The notes beneath the pieces were generated by a model. It did no database searches. It had not been told where the DNA came from and saw only the letters and a program-made list of their open reading frames with translations. This document shows, in pieces, positions 32,478 through 41,308 of a DNA stretch of 64,000 nt (positions within the stretch are counted from its first letter, which is position 1; each line of letters starts with the position of its first letter). A program made the position numbers and the translations under genes. The stretch comes from an uncultured Actinomycetota bacterium (GTDB lineage Bacteria > Actinomycetota > Actinomycetes > Streptosporangiales > Streptosporangiaceae): positions 45,055 to 109,054 of the forward strand of contig CAVXAB010000015.1 in assembly GCA_963759545.1 (NCBI GenBank), given 5' to 3'.

Positions 32478-33383
32478 ATGCGTTCAAACTTCGTGTGGCA
32501 GGAGATCTGGGTCGGGCTGCGCCGTAACCTCACCATGACCGTCGCGCTCATCGTCGTGGTGGCGATCAGCTTGTCACTGCTCGGCACGGGGCTTCTCTTC
32601 GTCAAGCAGGTCAACAGCACGCGCACGTACTGGCAGAGCAAGGTGGAGATCTCGGTCTACCTCTGCTACGCGGACAGCGCGAACCCGAACTGCCACGGTC
32701 CGGTGACCCAGGCGCAGACGACGGCGCTTGAGCAGCGGCTGCAGTCCATGTCTCAGGTCCAGACCGTCACCTACGTGTCGCAGGCGCAGGCCTGGGCCCT
32801 GTACAAGCAGGCGTTCGCCAACGACCAGTCGTACGTCTCGACGCTCAAGGAGACGGACATGCCGCCGTCGCTTGAGGTCAAGCTGAACAACCCGTCGGCC
32901 AGCTACAACATCGTGGCCAGCGCGGTCACCGGCGCCCAGGGCGTGGACTCTGTCATCGACGAGATGAACATCCTGGACAAGTTCTACCATCTGCTCGGCG
33001 GCCTGCGGAACGCGGTCGTCATCGTGGCGCTGATCCTGGTGGTCGCAGCCATCTTGCTGGTGGCCAATACCATCCGGCTGTCCGCGTTCAACCGGCGGCG
33101 GGAGACGGGCATCATGCGGCTGGTCGGCGCGTCGAACTTCTACATCCAGCTGCCGTTCCTGCTCGAGGGCGTGATCGCCGGGCTGCTCGGCTGGGTGCTC
33201 GCGGCGGCACTGCTCGTCGGGGTGAAGTCGTTCCTGCTCAACAGCCTGCAGCAGTACTTCAACTACAACGTCGGCCTGTCGACGGCAGACCTGATCGAGG
33301 TCATCGTGCTCGCGATGGTCGTCGGAGTGGCGCTCTGTGGCGTAACGTCGTTCGTGACGCTCCGCCGTTACCTGCGCGTTTAG
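32478..33383 (+). CDS. ftsX: Cell-division permease FtsX
   Basis: GLRRNLTMT, RRETGIMRLVGASNFYIQLPFLLEG. Confidence 0.95.
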   Translation: MRSNFVWQEIWVGLRRNLTMTVALIVVVAISLSLLGTGLLFVKQVNSTRTYWQSKVEISVYLCYADSANPNCHGPVTQAQTTALEQRLQSMSQVQTVTYVSQAQAWALYKQAFANDQSYVSTLKETDMPPSLEVKLNNPSASYNIVASAVTGAQGVDSVIDEMNILDKFYHLLGGLRNAVVIVALILVVAAILLVANTIRLSAFNRRRETGIMRLVGASNFYIQLPFLLEGVIAGLLGWVLAAALLVGVKSFLLNSLQQYFNYNVGLSTADLIEVIVLAMVVGVALCGVTSFVTLRRYLRV

Positions 33384-33446
33384 CCTTCGTCGGCTGGGGA
33401 GGTGCCCAGTCGACAGCTTGGCGCGGGAAGGGCCGACAGGAGAAAA

Positions 33447-33911
33447 GTGGCACGCGAGCAGGGAAACAAGGTCATCGCCTCGAACCGGCGGGCCCGGCAC
33501 GACTACGCGATCGAGGACACCTTCGAGGCGGGTATCGCGCTCACCGGTACCGAGGTGAAATCGCTGCGCGCGGGCCGTGCTTCGCTTGCCGATGGGTTCG
33601 CACTGGTCTCTGACGGGGAAGTCTGGCTGCATAACGTTCACATCCCGGAGTACACCCAGGGAACGTGGACGAACCATATGCCCAGACGGACCAGGAAGCT
33701 GTTGCTGCACCGGGGGGAGATCGAGCGGCTGGTCCGGAAGCAATCGGAACAGGGCCTAACGCTGATCCCGCTGTCGCTTTATTTCAAAGACGGCAAAGTC
33801 AAGGTGGAGCTCGCACTTGCCCGCGGTAAACGGACATACGATAAGAGACAAGACCTGGCCAAGCGGGACGCGGCCAGGGAAGTTGAGCGTGCCATGCGGC
33901 GACGACGGTGA
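33447..33911 (+). CDS. smpB: SsrA-binding protein
   Basis: [39 protein letters not shown] start follows AGGAG. Confidence 0.96.
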   Translation: MAREQGNKVIASNRRARHDYAIEDTFEAGIALTGTEVKSLRAGRASLADGFALVSDGEVWLHNVHIPEYTQGTWTNHMPRRTRKLLLHRGEIERLVRKQSEQGLTLIPLSLYFKDGKVKVELALARGKRTYDKRQDLAKRDAAREVERAMRRRR

Positions 33912-33926
33912 CTCCGGAGGCGGACG

Positions 33927-36239
33927 GTGACTGCGCGCTCTCGTGAGCGGGGAAGCCACGCCGGCCGACCCCGCAATTACGGCTTGCCGTTCGCCGTTCC
34001 CGGGCTGTCCGGGCGCGGGACGCCGGGATCCTTTCTGAACGGCCGGCGATCGGCATCCGCTCCCGGCACGGCTCAGGCTCCCGCTTCGGCCGAGCTGTCG
34101 GGACCGGCGGGGACCCAGGAACCTGGCGCTGCGGGCCCGTGGCCGCCCGGTCCTGGTCCTGGTCCTGGTTTCGGTCCAGGCAACGTCCTGCCGCACCCGG
34201 CCGACGCGCCCGCGCAGCACCCGGGCGGCGCGCCCGCGCAGCACCCGGGCGGCGTTCCCCGCCAGAACGGTGCCCCGTATCCGGGCGGTGGCGTTCGCCC
34301 GGGGGGCCCGCAGCGTTCCGGCGGGGCGGGGCGCGGGCACGGCAGCCGGCACCGCAAGCCCGCGGAGCGGCGGTCCCTGCCATCCAAGAAGCAGCGGCTG
34401 GCGCTCGCGCTCGTGGTCGTCGCCGGCTTGCTCGGCTTTGGCTTCGCTGACGGCTTCGGCGGCGAAGGGTCACCGACCCCGACGGTCGCGAGCTTCTTGC
34501 TCGACTGGCAGACGGGCCATTACGCGGCGGCGGCCGCCCTCACCAACGGTGCCACCACGCAGGTGAGCGCGCAGCTCGCGGCCGCTTACACCGACCTCAA
34601 CGCGAGCAACTCGTTCCTCTCCATGGCGGGCGTCGAGCAGCACGGCGACACCGCGGTGGCCACCTTCAAGGCCACGGTGGACCTGGCGCAGGCGGGACAG
34701 CAGTGGTCTTACACCGGCCACTTCGGGCTGACCTCGAAGAACGGCCAGTGGGTCGTCGACTGGGCGCCAAACCTCATCAACCCGCGGCTCGGCGCGGGTG
34801 ACCGGCTTGCCGTGGTGTCGACGTACGCGCCGCGAGCCGGCGTGCTTGACATGGACGGCCGGCCGCTTGTGGACCTCTCGGCGGACTACCGGATCGGCGT
34901 CTATCCGGGCAAGCTGAAGCACCCGGCCGCGACGGCGGCGAAGTTCAGCCAGGTCACCGGGCTGGACGAGCAGCAGGTGCTCGGGCAGATCGAGTCCGCG
35001 CCGCCAAGCGACTTCCTCCCGCTGCTCACGCTTGACGCGGACGGCTACGGGTCGCTGTGGCCGAAGCTCGCCAAGGTCCCCGGCATGACCTACCAGCAGC
35101 AGAAGCAGCGACTGTTCGACTCCTCCGCCCAGGAGGTGGTCGGCCAGGTCGGCACGGAGAACTCAAGCGTGCTGCGCGAGGAAGGCGCGGCGTACCAGCC
35201 GGGCATGACCGTGGGGTTGACCGGTTTCGAGCAGGCCTTCCAGACCGAGCTGCTCGGCGTGCCGACGACCTCGGTCGTGGTGGTGAACGCGGCCGGGCAC
35301 AGCGTGGCGACGCTCTGGAGTTCGTCGGGCGGCCGCGCCGGGACGCCGGTGCAGACCACGCTGAACACCCAGCAGCAGTCCGCCGCCGTGAACGCGCTCG
35401 AAGGCGCGGGCAACTCGGCGGAGATCGTCGCCCTCGACTGGAGCAGCGGGCAGATCCGCGTCCTCGCGTCGCATGAGGCGGGCAACGTGGCGCTGCCGGC
35501 CGGCGGGGCGCTCAACGCCAAGGTCGAGCCGGGCATGGCCTTCAGCATCGTGTCCGCGGCGGCGCTGCTGTCCAGCGGCGTCGAGGCGAACCACCCGCTG
35601 CCGTGCGAGCCGGTGGCCGACGTCGGCGGCGTGACGTTCACCTACACGCCCGCCACGACGAGCAGCGCGACGCTCGCCTCTGACTTCGCCGACGGCTGCG
35701 GCACCGCGTTCGCGAACATGTCGCGGACCCTGACTCCGCAGCAGCTCGCCAGCGCGGAACGGGGCTTCGGCATCGGCGCGTCCTGGCAGCTGCGGCTGCC
35801 GGCGTTCTCCGGCTCGGCCCCGACGGTGTCCGGCGAGGCGAATGTGGCCGCGCAGGCGACCGGCACCGGCGGCGTGCTGATGAGCCCGCTCGGCATGGCG
35901 ACCGTGGCGGCCGAGGTCGCGGCGGGCGCCGGGCGCTCTCCCGTGCTCCTGCCGACCGACACGCCCGCCACCTGGCAGGCGCCGCTGGCCGGGACGCAGC
36001 TCGATGAGTTGCGGCAGCTGATGCGACTTGCCGTCACGAAGGGATCGGCGCAGGCGGCGAACCTCCCTGGCACCCCGGTGTACGGTCAGGCCGGCGTGGT
36101 CCCGTCGGGGAAGCACTCGTACCTGAGCTGGTTCGTCGGGTACCGGGGCAGCCTGGCCGTCGCCGTGCTCGAGACGGGCAGCACTGCCTCGCAGGCGGCC
36201 GCGGCCCTGGCCGGGAGCTTCCTCAAGGCCGCCGGCTGA
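33927..36239 (+). CDS. Class B PBP-like protein (NTF2-like plus transpeptidase fold) with all catalytic motifs degenerate
   Basis: Pro/Gly-rich N-terminus, TM, APRAGVLDMDG, SPLGMA and SWFVGYRG scaffold motifs. PGMAFS replaces PGSTFK, DGCGT replaces xSCNT, GQAG replaces xKTG. Confidence 0.82.
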   Translation: MTARSRERGSHAGRPRNYGLPFAVPGLSGRGTPGSFLNGRRSASAPGTAQAPASAELSGPAGTQEPGAAGPWPPGPGPGPGFGPGNVLPHPADAPAQHPGGAPAQHPGGVPRQNGAPYPGGGVRPGGPQRSGGAGRGHGSRHRKPAERRSLPSKKQRLALALVVVAGLLGFGFADGFGGEGSPTPTVASFLLDWQTGHYAAAAALTNGATTQVSAQLAAAYTDLNASNSFLSMAGVEQHGDTAVATFKATVDLAQAGQQWSYTGHFGLTSKNGQWVVDWAPNLINPRLGAGDRLAVVSTYAPRAGVLDMDGRPLVDLSADYRIGVYPGKLKHPAATAAKFSQVTGLDEQQVLGQIESAPPSDFLPLLTLDADGYGSLWPKLAKVPGMTYQQQKQRLFDSSAQEVVGQVGTENSSVLREEGAAYQPGMTVGLTGFEQAFQTELLGVPTTSVVVVNAAGHSVATLWSSSGGRAGTPVQTTLNTQQQSAAVNALEGAGNSAEIVALDWSSGQIRVLASHEAGNVALPAGGALNAKVEPGMAFSIVSAAALLSSGVEANHPLPCEPVADVGGVTFTYTPATTSSATLASDFADGCGTAFANMSRTLTPQQLASAERGFGIGASWQLRLPAFSGSAPTVSGEANVAAQATGTGGVLMSPLGMATVAAEVAAGAGRSPVLLPTDTPATWQAPLAGTQLDELRQLMRLAVTKGSAQAANLPGTPVYGQAGVVPSGKHSYLSWFVGYRGSLAVAVLETGSTASQAAAALAGSFLKAAG

Positions 36240-36250
36240 CCCTGTGTTAG

Positions 36251-36340
36251 CCCGGGGGGCGACCCCCGGACCCCCGGTGTCGGCCCCGACGGGCCTGATC
36301 GCAAAAACCGCGATCGTATCAGGCCCGCCGAGGCCGACAA
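36251..36340 (+). repeat. F1 REP plus long hairpin module (GGGCCTGATCGCAAAAACCGCGATCGT)
   Basis: Second module shared with 50099-50190. Confidence 0.7.
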
Positions 36341-36422
36341 GAGCTGCCGGATGACCCGAAGAACAAGAGTTGGGCATGTCCCGGTTGGCGCACACCCGCC
36401 GGGATGTGGCACACTAGCTTCC

Positions 36423-36575
36423 GTGACGACCCAGCTGATCATTATCGGCAGGCGCGTCGGCGAGCTACTCATGGCCTTGGCAGATTTAGCAAAGGCTCGT
36501 AGCGTGCCCGGGGGACGACCCCGGACCCCCGATGCCGGGCTTCGCCCGGCAGGATGGTGCCAGGGCAGGTGCTGA
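36423..36575 (+). CDS. Putative attenuator leader peptide MTTQLIIIGRRVG... (leaderless GTG)
   Basis: CACACT -10 box 7 nt upstream; L-I-I-I run; resembles the actinobacterial ilvB-type leader pattern (...ILVLGKRVG). Confidence 0.65.
   Translation: MTTQLIIIGRRVGELLMALADLAKARSVPGGRPRTPDAGLRPAGWCQGRC
36507..36551 (+). repeat. F1 REP plus TTCG hairpin inside the cimA leader
   Basis: CCCGGGGGACGACCCCGGACCCCCGA TGCCGGGC-TTCG-CCCGGCA. Confidence 0.75.
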
Positions 36576-36580
36576 CGCGC

Positions 36581-36615
36581 AGACCTCTCGCGTTCCGCGA
36601 GGGGTCTTTTTGTTT
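36581..36615 (+). terminator. Intrinsic terminator of the cimA attenuator
   Basis: AGACCTCTCGCG-TTC-CGCGAGGGGTCT followed by TTTTGTTT, upstream of the cimA start. Confidence 0.85.
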
Positions 36616-36669
36616 GCTCTGAAACGCGACGGCCGCCACCAACACGACACGGAAGAAACGGAAGCGACG

Positions 36670-38259
36670 ATGCTCGACGACCAGTTCCACGTCTACGACA
36701 CCACCTTGCGCGACGGCGCGCAGCAGGAGGGCCTGAACCTCACGGTTGCCGACAAGCTGGTGATCGCGAGGCACCTGGACCGGCTCGGCGTCGGCTTCAT
36801 TGAGGGCGGCTGGCCGGGGGCGATTCCGAAGGACACCGAGTTCTTCCGCCGCGCGCAGACCGAGCTTGACCTGCGGCACGCGACGCTGGCGGCGTTCGGC
36901 TCGACGCGTAAGGCGGGTGTTGCCGCCGCCGATGACGCCCAGGTGGCCGCCCTGCGCGAGTCACGCGCCCCCGTCGTCACGCTGGTCGCCAAGAGCCACG
37001 ACCGTCACGTGGAGCTGGCCCTGCGGACCACGCTCGACGAGAACCTCGCGATGATCGCGGACACCGTGCGGCACCTGACCGAAGAGGGCCAGCGGGTCTT
37101 CCTCGACGCCGAGCACTTCTTCGACGGCTACAAGGCCAATCCCGCGTACGCGCTTGAGTGCGTCCGCGCCGCCGCCGAGGCGGGAGCGTCCGTGATCGCG
37201 CTGTGCGACACCAACGGCGGCATGATGCCGACCGAGCTTGGCGACATCGTCCACGCGGTCGTGTCGGGGACCGCGGCGCGCGTCGGCATCCACTGCCACG
37301 ACGACACCGGCTGCGGCGTCGCGAACACCCTGGTCGCCGTCGAGGCGGGCGCCACCCACGTGCAAGGCACCGCCAACGGCTACGGCGAGCGCGCAGGCAA
37401 CGCGAACCTGTTCAGCGTGGTCGCCGGGCTGCAGCTGAAGAAGGGCAAGGTCGTACTCGACGGCGCGGGCATCACGGAGATGACGCGGATCGCGCACGCG
37501 ATCAGCGAGGTCACCAACGTCACGCCGGACAGCCACCAGCCGTACGTCGGCCTGTCTGCCTTCGCGCACAAGGCCGGGCTGCACGCCTCGGCGATCAGGG
37601 TCGACCCGATGCTCTACCAGCACATCGACCCCGAGCTGGTCGGCAACGACATGCGGATGCTCGTCTCCGACATGGCTGGCCGCGCCTCCGTGGAGCTCAA
37701 GGGCCGCGAGCTCGGCTTCGACCTGTCCGGCGACAAGGAGGTCATCGGCCGGGTCACCGACAAGGTCAAGTCGCTTGAGGCCACGGGGTACTCCTTCGAG
37801 GCGGCCGACGCGAGCTTCGAGCTGCTGCTGCGCGACGAGCTCGCGGGGGAGCGCAGGCGGCACTTCACCGTGGAGTCCTGGCGGGTGATCGTGGAGCAGC
37901 GCGAGGACGGCGTCGTCACCAGCGAGGCCACCGTGCGCCTTGAGGCCAAGGGCGAGCGCGTCGTCGCGGTCGGCGAGGGCAACGGCCCGGTGAACGCGCT
38001 CGACCGCGCCCTGCGCGCCGCGCTTGAGCAGACCTTCCCCGAGCTCGCCACCCTGGAGCTGACCGACTACAAGGTCCGCATCCTCGAAGGCTCGGCGGGC
38101 ACCGGCGCGATCACCCGGGTGCTCATCGAGTCGAGCAACGCCGACGGCGACACCTGGTCGACGGTCGGCGTGGACGAGAACGTGATCTCCGCCTCCTGGC
38201 ACGCCCTGGAAGAGGCGGTCACCTACGGCCTGCTGCGCGCGGGCCGCATCCCCGAATAA
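36670..38259 (+). CDS. cimA: Citramalate synthase
   Basis: YDTTLRDGAQQEG, FIEGGWPG, FLDAEHFFDG, LCDTNGG, HCHDD, GYGERAGN, AHKAGLH, regulatory GNGPVNALD. Confidence 0.93.
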   Translation: MLDDQFHVYDTTLRDGAQQEGLNLTVADKLVIARHLDRLGVGFIEGGWPGAIPKDTEFFRRAQTELDLRHATLAAFGSTRKAGVAAADDAQVAALRESRAPVVTLVAKSHDRHVELALRTTLDENLAMIADTVRHLTEEGQRVFLDAEHFFDGYKANPAYALECVRAAAEAGASVIALCDTNGGMMPTELGDIVHAVVSGTAARVGIHCHDDTGCGVANTLVAVEAGATHVQGTANGYGERAGNANLFSVVAGLQLKKGKVVLDGAGITEMTRIAHAISEVTNVTPDSHQPYVGLSAFAHKAGLHASAIRVDPMLYQHIDPELVGNDMRMLVSDMAGRASVELKGRELGFDLSGDKEVIGRVTDKVKSLEATGYSFEAADASFELLLRDELAGERRRHFTVESWRVIVEQREDGVVTSEATVRLEAKGERVVAVGEGNGPVNALDRALRAALEQTFPELATLELTDYKVRILEGSAGTGAITRVLIESSNADGDTWSTVGVDENVISASWHALEEAVTYGLLRAGRIPE

Positions 38260-38460
38260 GCCCTGAGGCGCGCTCCCGGAGCTCCGTCTACCCACGGCGC
38301 TCCGGTCCCGCCCTGCCCTTTGACTGGCTCACGAGGCACATCAGGGCACGGCGGACGCTGGTTGCCCGGCCCGCCCACAAGGCAGACCCGGGCGACGGCG
38401 ACAGCCAGAACCACGGCGGACTCACCAGGCGCCCGTGGCTCGTTAAGGCTCGCGCGTCTC

Positions 38461-38640
38461 AGAAAAACCAAACAACCGCTAACTCCGAACGGATGCGCGC
38501 TTGCACCCGTCCGGCCAACTAGGACAGTGATGCGGGGCCGGCCGGTGGGCGCTCGCCTAGCTACTACCCCGAGGCCCGCACCCTCCCCGTGTGGCGTTGG
38601 GCTGGCTACCGGCCTAACGCCACACGGGGACAGGCGAGCC
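38461..38640 (+). repeat. Family F3 element followed by a long nested hairpin
   Basis: A-rich tract, TCCGAACGG at 38484, GCGGGGCCGGC at 38532; 15-bp stem 38584-38598/38616-38630. Confidence 0.6.
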
Positions 38641-38699
38641 GTGACCAGAGTGGCGTCCACCGCGCCGGCGTGCCGGCGATTCGCCGGTATTGTGGCCTA

Positions 38700-40054
38700 G
38701 TGCGTAATTCTGGCCAGCCGGCGGCCTCGGCCGAGGCCAGAGGCAGCAGACGGAAATGGCAGCGCGGGGCCATCGGACCCGCGCGCTTTGCGATCTCGGC
38801 GCATTTCCTGGTCATGGGGCTGACCGGCGGGGTGTGGATGGCGCGCGTCCCTTCCGCCAAGTCACAGGTGCACCTGTCCGACGGGACCCTCGGCGTCGCG
38901 CTCCTCGCGGTTCCCGTCGGGCTTGTGCTCGGCGCGGCCCTGGCGGAGCGGCTCGTCGACCGCGTGGGCAGCCGCGTGCTCTGCCGGATCTGCGGCGTCG
39001 GCAGTTGCGTGGCGATCGTGACCCCTGGCCTGGCCCACACCCTGCCCGAGTTGATGGCGGGGCTGTTCGTCATCGGCGTGGTCGGCGGAACCCTCGACGT
39101 CGCGCAGAACGCCCAGGGCGTCCGCGTCGAGGCCGCCTACGCCAGGCCGGTGATGACGTCGATGCACGCCTTCTACAGCCTCGGCGCCATCCTCGGCTCG
39201 CTGGCCGGCGGCGGCCTCGCCTGGGCAGGCGTCGCGCTGCTCCCCTCGCTGGCCGCCGTCGGCGTGGTCGGCGCGCTCATCGACGGCACCGCGGGCCCGT
39301 GGCTCCTCGCGGGCAAGCCAGCCCCCGCCGCGCCCGACCGCCCCCGCCGCGCCCCGACCTCGCCGCGCCCGACCTCGTTGGCCCTGCCCTCGGCGGCCCT
39401 GCGCTTGTTGACGCCAGCCTCGTCGGCCGGGAGCACGCCACCCCGGACGCGAGGCGGCGGGTGCGGCGCCTCGTCCTGGCGCTCGGCGTGCTCGGTGTGT
39501 GCGGCCTGGTGGGAGAGGGCGCGGCGGGCGACTGGTCGGCCGTCTACCTCAAGGACAACCTGGGCACCAGCGCAGGTTTCGCCGCCCTCGGCTTCGCCGC
39601 GTTCTCGGTCACGATGACCCTTGGCCGCGCAGTCGGCGACCGGCTCATCCGCAGGTTCGGCGTGGTCTCCGTCATCCGGGTCTGCGGCCTGATCGCGACC
39701 GCCGGCCTCACGCTGGCCCTTGCCACGCCGGTCCCGGCCGTCGCCATCGCGGGCTTCACCGCTTTCGGCGCGGGCCTGTCCATCGTCGTCCCCCAGGTCT
39801 TCGCGGCTGGCGGCCGCGCCGACCCGTTCCGCCCGGGCTCCGGCCTGGCCAGGGTCGTCGGCCTCGGCTACACCGGCATGGCCGCGGGCCCGGCGATCAT
39901 CGGCCTGGTAGCCAACAACATCGGCCTGCACCTGGCCCTCCTCATCCCCCTCGCGCTAGCCGCCTGGATCGCGGTCGCCGCCCCGGCCCTGCGCGCCTCC
40001 GAGGCCCTCAGCCAAGACCCCCGCCTTGCCCAAGCGACCAAGGCCAACGTCTGA
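38700..40054 (+). pseudogene. MFS transporter split by a frameshift in the central linker (about 39320-39400)
   Basis: The first six TMs are in the 38589 frame (GVWMARVP, DVAQNAQG); the second half is in the 38756 frame (EGAAGDWSAVYL, GRAVGDRL). Confidence 0.8.
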
Positions 40055-40162
40055 CCCGGCTACGGGGTAAAGGGACGCGAACGAGACGCAAGCCACGCAC
40101 TCGTCCGGAAGAACGCGCGGACCCGTGCGCACGCCTGACGGCCGCGGGCATACCTTAAGCAC

Positions 40163-40408
40163 ATGGACGACAAAGAGATCATGTCGCGGATCACTGAGCT
40201 GATCGACACCGAGCACGAGCTGCGAAGCCAGCTCCAGCGGGGCGAGCTGAGCACGGAACAGGAGCGGGAGCGTCTTCGTTCGACTGAACAGGCGCTTGAC
40301 CAGTGCTGGGATTTGCTGCGCCAGCGCCGGGCCAAGCGGGAGTTCGGGGAGCGCCCGGAAGATGCGGCCGCCCGGCCGGTGTCTGAGGTGGAGGGATATC
40401 AGCAGTAA
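40163..40408 (+). CDS. DUF2630-family protein
   Basis: MDDKEIMSRI...LDQCWDLLRQRRAKRE...RPVSEVEGYQQ. Confidence 0.88.
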   Translation: MDDKEIMSRITELIDTEHELRSQLQRGELSTEQERERLRSTEQALDQCWDLLRQRRAKREFGERPEDAAARPVSEVEGYQQ

Positions 40409-40409
40409 T

Positions 40410-40436
40410 CCCTAGGGGGACCCCCGTTCCCCGGGC
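40410..40436 (+). repeat. Degenerate F1 REP
   Basis: CCTAGGGGGACCCCCGTTCCCCGGG. Confidence 0.4.
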
Positions 40437-40507
40437 ACGAGCCGCGGCGTTTCTCAGTTCGGTTTGGCGCAAGTAGGCTCGAAAGCGACAGCGAGCAAAG
40501 GAGCATC

Positions 40508-41308
40508 GTGCGTATCGCGAGGTTCGCCAAGGGCGACGGCGTGGCCTATGGCGTGGTTGAGGGTGAGAGTGAGAGCGGCCAGTCGCAGACGATCGCGGAG
40601 CTGTACGGCCACCCGTTCGGGGTCGACCCGGCGGGCGTGCAGTTCACCGGGAACCGTTACCCCCTCGCCGAGGTGCGGCTGCTTGCCCCGGTGCTGCCGT
40701 CCAAGGTGGTAGCGGTCGGCAAGAACTACGCCGAGCACGTCAAGGAGATGGGCGGCACAGAACTGCCCGCCGAGCCGATCTTGTTCCTCAAGCCGTCCAC
40801 GTCGGTGACCGGCCCCGGTGACCGCATCGCCTACCCGGTGAAGATCACCGACCGGGTGGACTATGAGGGAGAGCTTGCCGTAATCATCGGCAGGCTGTGC
40901 CGGGACGTGCCCAGGGAGCGGGCGGCCGATGTCATCTTCGGCTACGCCTGCGCCAACGACGTGACCGCCAGGGACCTCCAGCTCAAGGACGGGCAGTGGA
41001 CGCGGGCGAAGGGCTTCGACACGTTCTGCCCGCTCGGGCCGTGGATGGAGACCGGTGCCGACCCCGCCGACCTGGGCATCACCACGACGGTCAACGGCGC
41101 GGTCAAGCAGCACGCGCGCACGTCTGAGCTGCTGTGGGACGTGCCGTCGCTGGTCGAGTACGTGTCGTCGGTGATGACCCTGCTGCCAGGCGACGTGCTG
41201 CTGACCGGTACCCCGGAGGGCGTCGGCCCGCTGACCGACGGCGACGAGGTATCGGTGACGGTCGAGTCGATCGGGACGCTGACCAACCGGGTAGTGATCA
41301 GGGACTGA
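40508..41308 (+). CDS. Fumarylacetoacetate hydrolase family protein
   Basis: KVVAVGKNY, FLKPSTS, DYEGELA, NDVTARD, KGFDTFCPLGP, LTGTPEG. Confidence 0.93.
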   Translation: MRIARFAKGDGVAYGVVEGESESGQSQTIAELYGHPFGVDPAGVQFTGNRYPLAEVRLLAPVLPSKVVAVGKNYAEHVKEMGGTELPAEPILFLKPSTSVTGPGDRIAYPVKITDRVDYEGELAVIIGRLCRDVPRERAADVIFGYACANDVTARDLQLKDGQWTRAKGFDTFCPLGPWMETGADPADLGITTTVNGAVKQHARTSELLWDVPSLVEYVSSVMTLLPGDVLLTGTPEGVGPLTDGDEVSVTVESIGTLTNRVVIRD

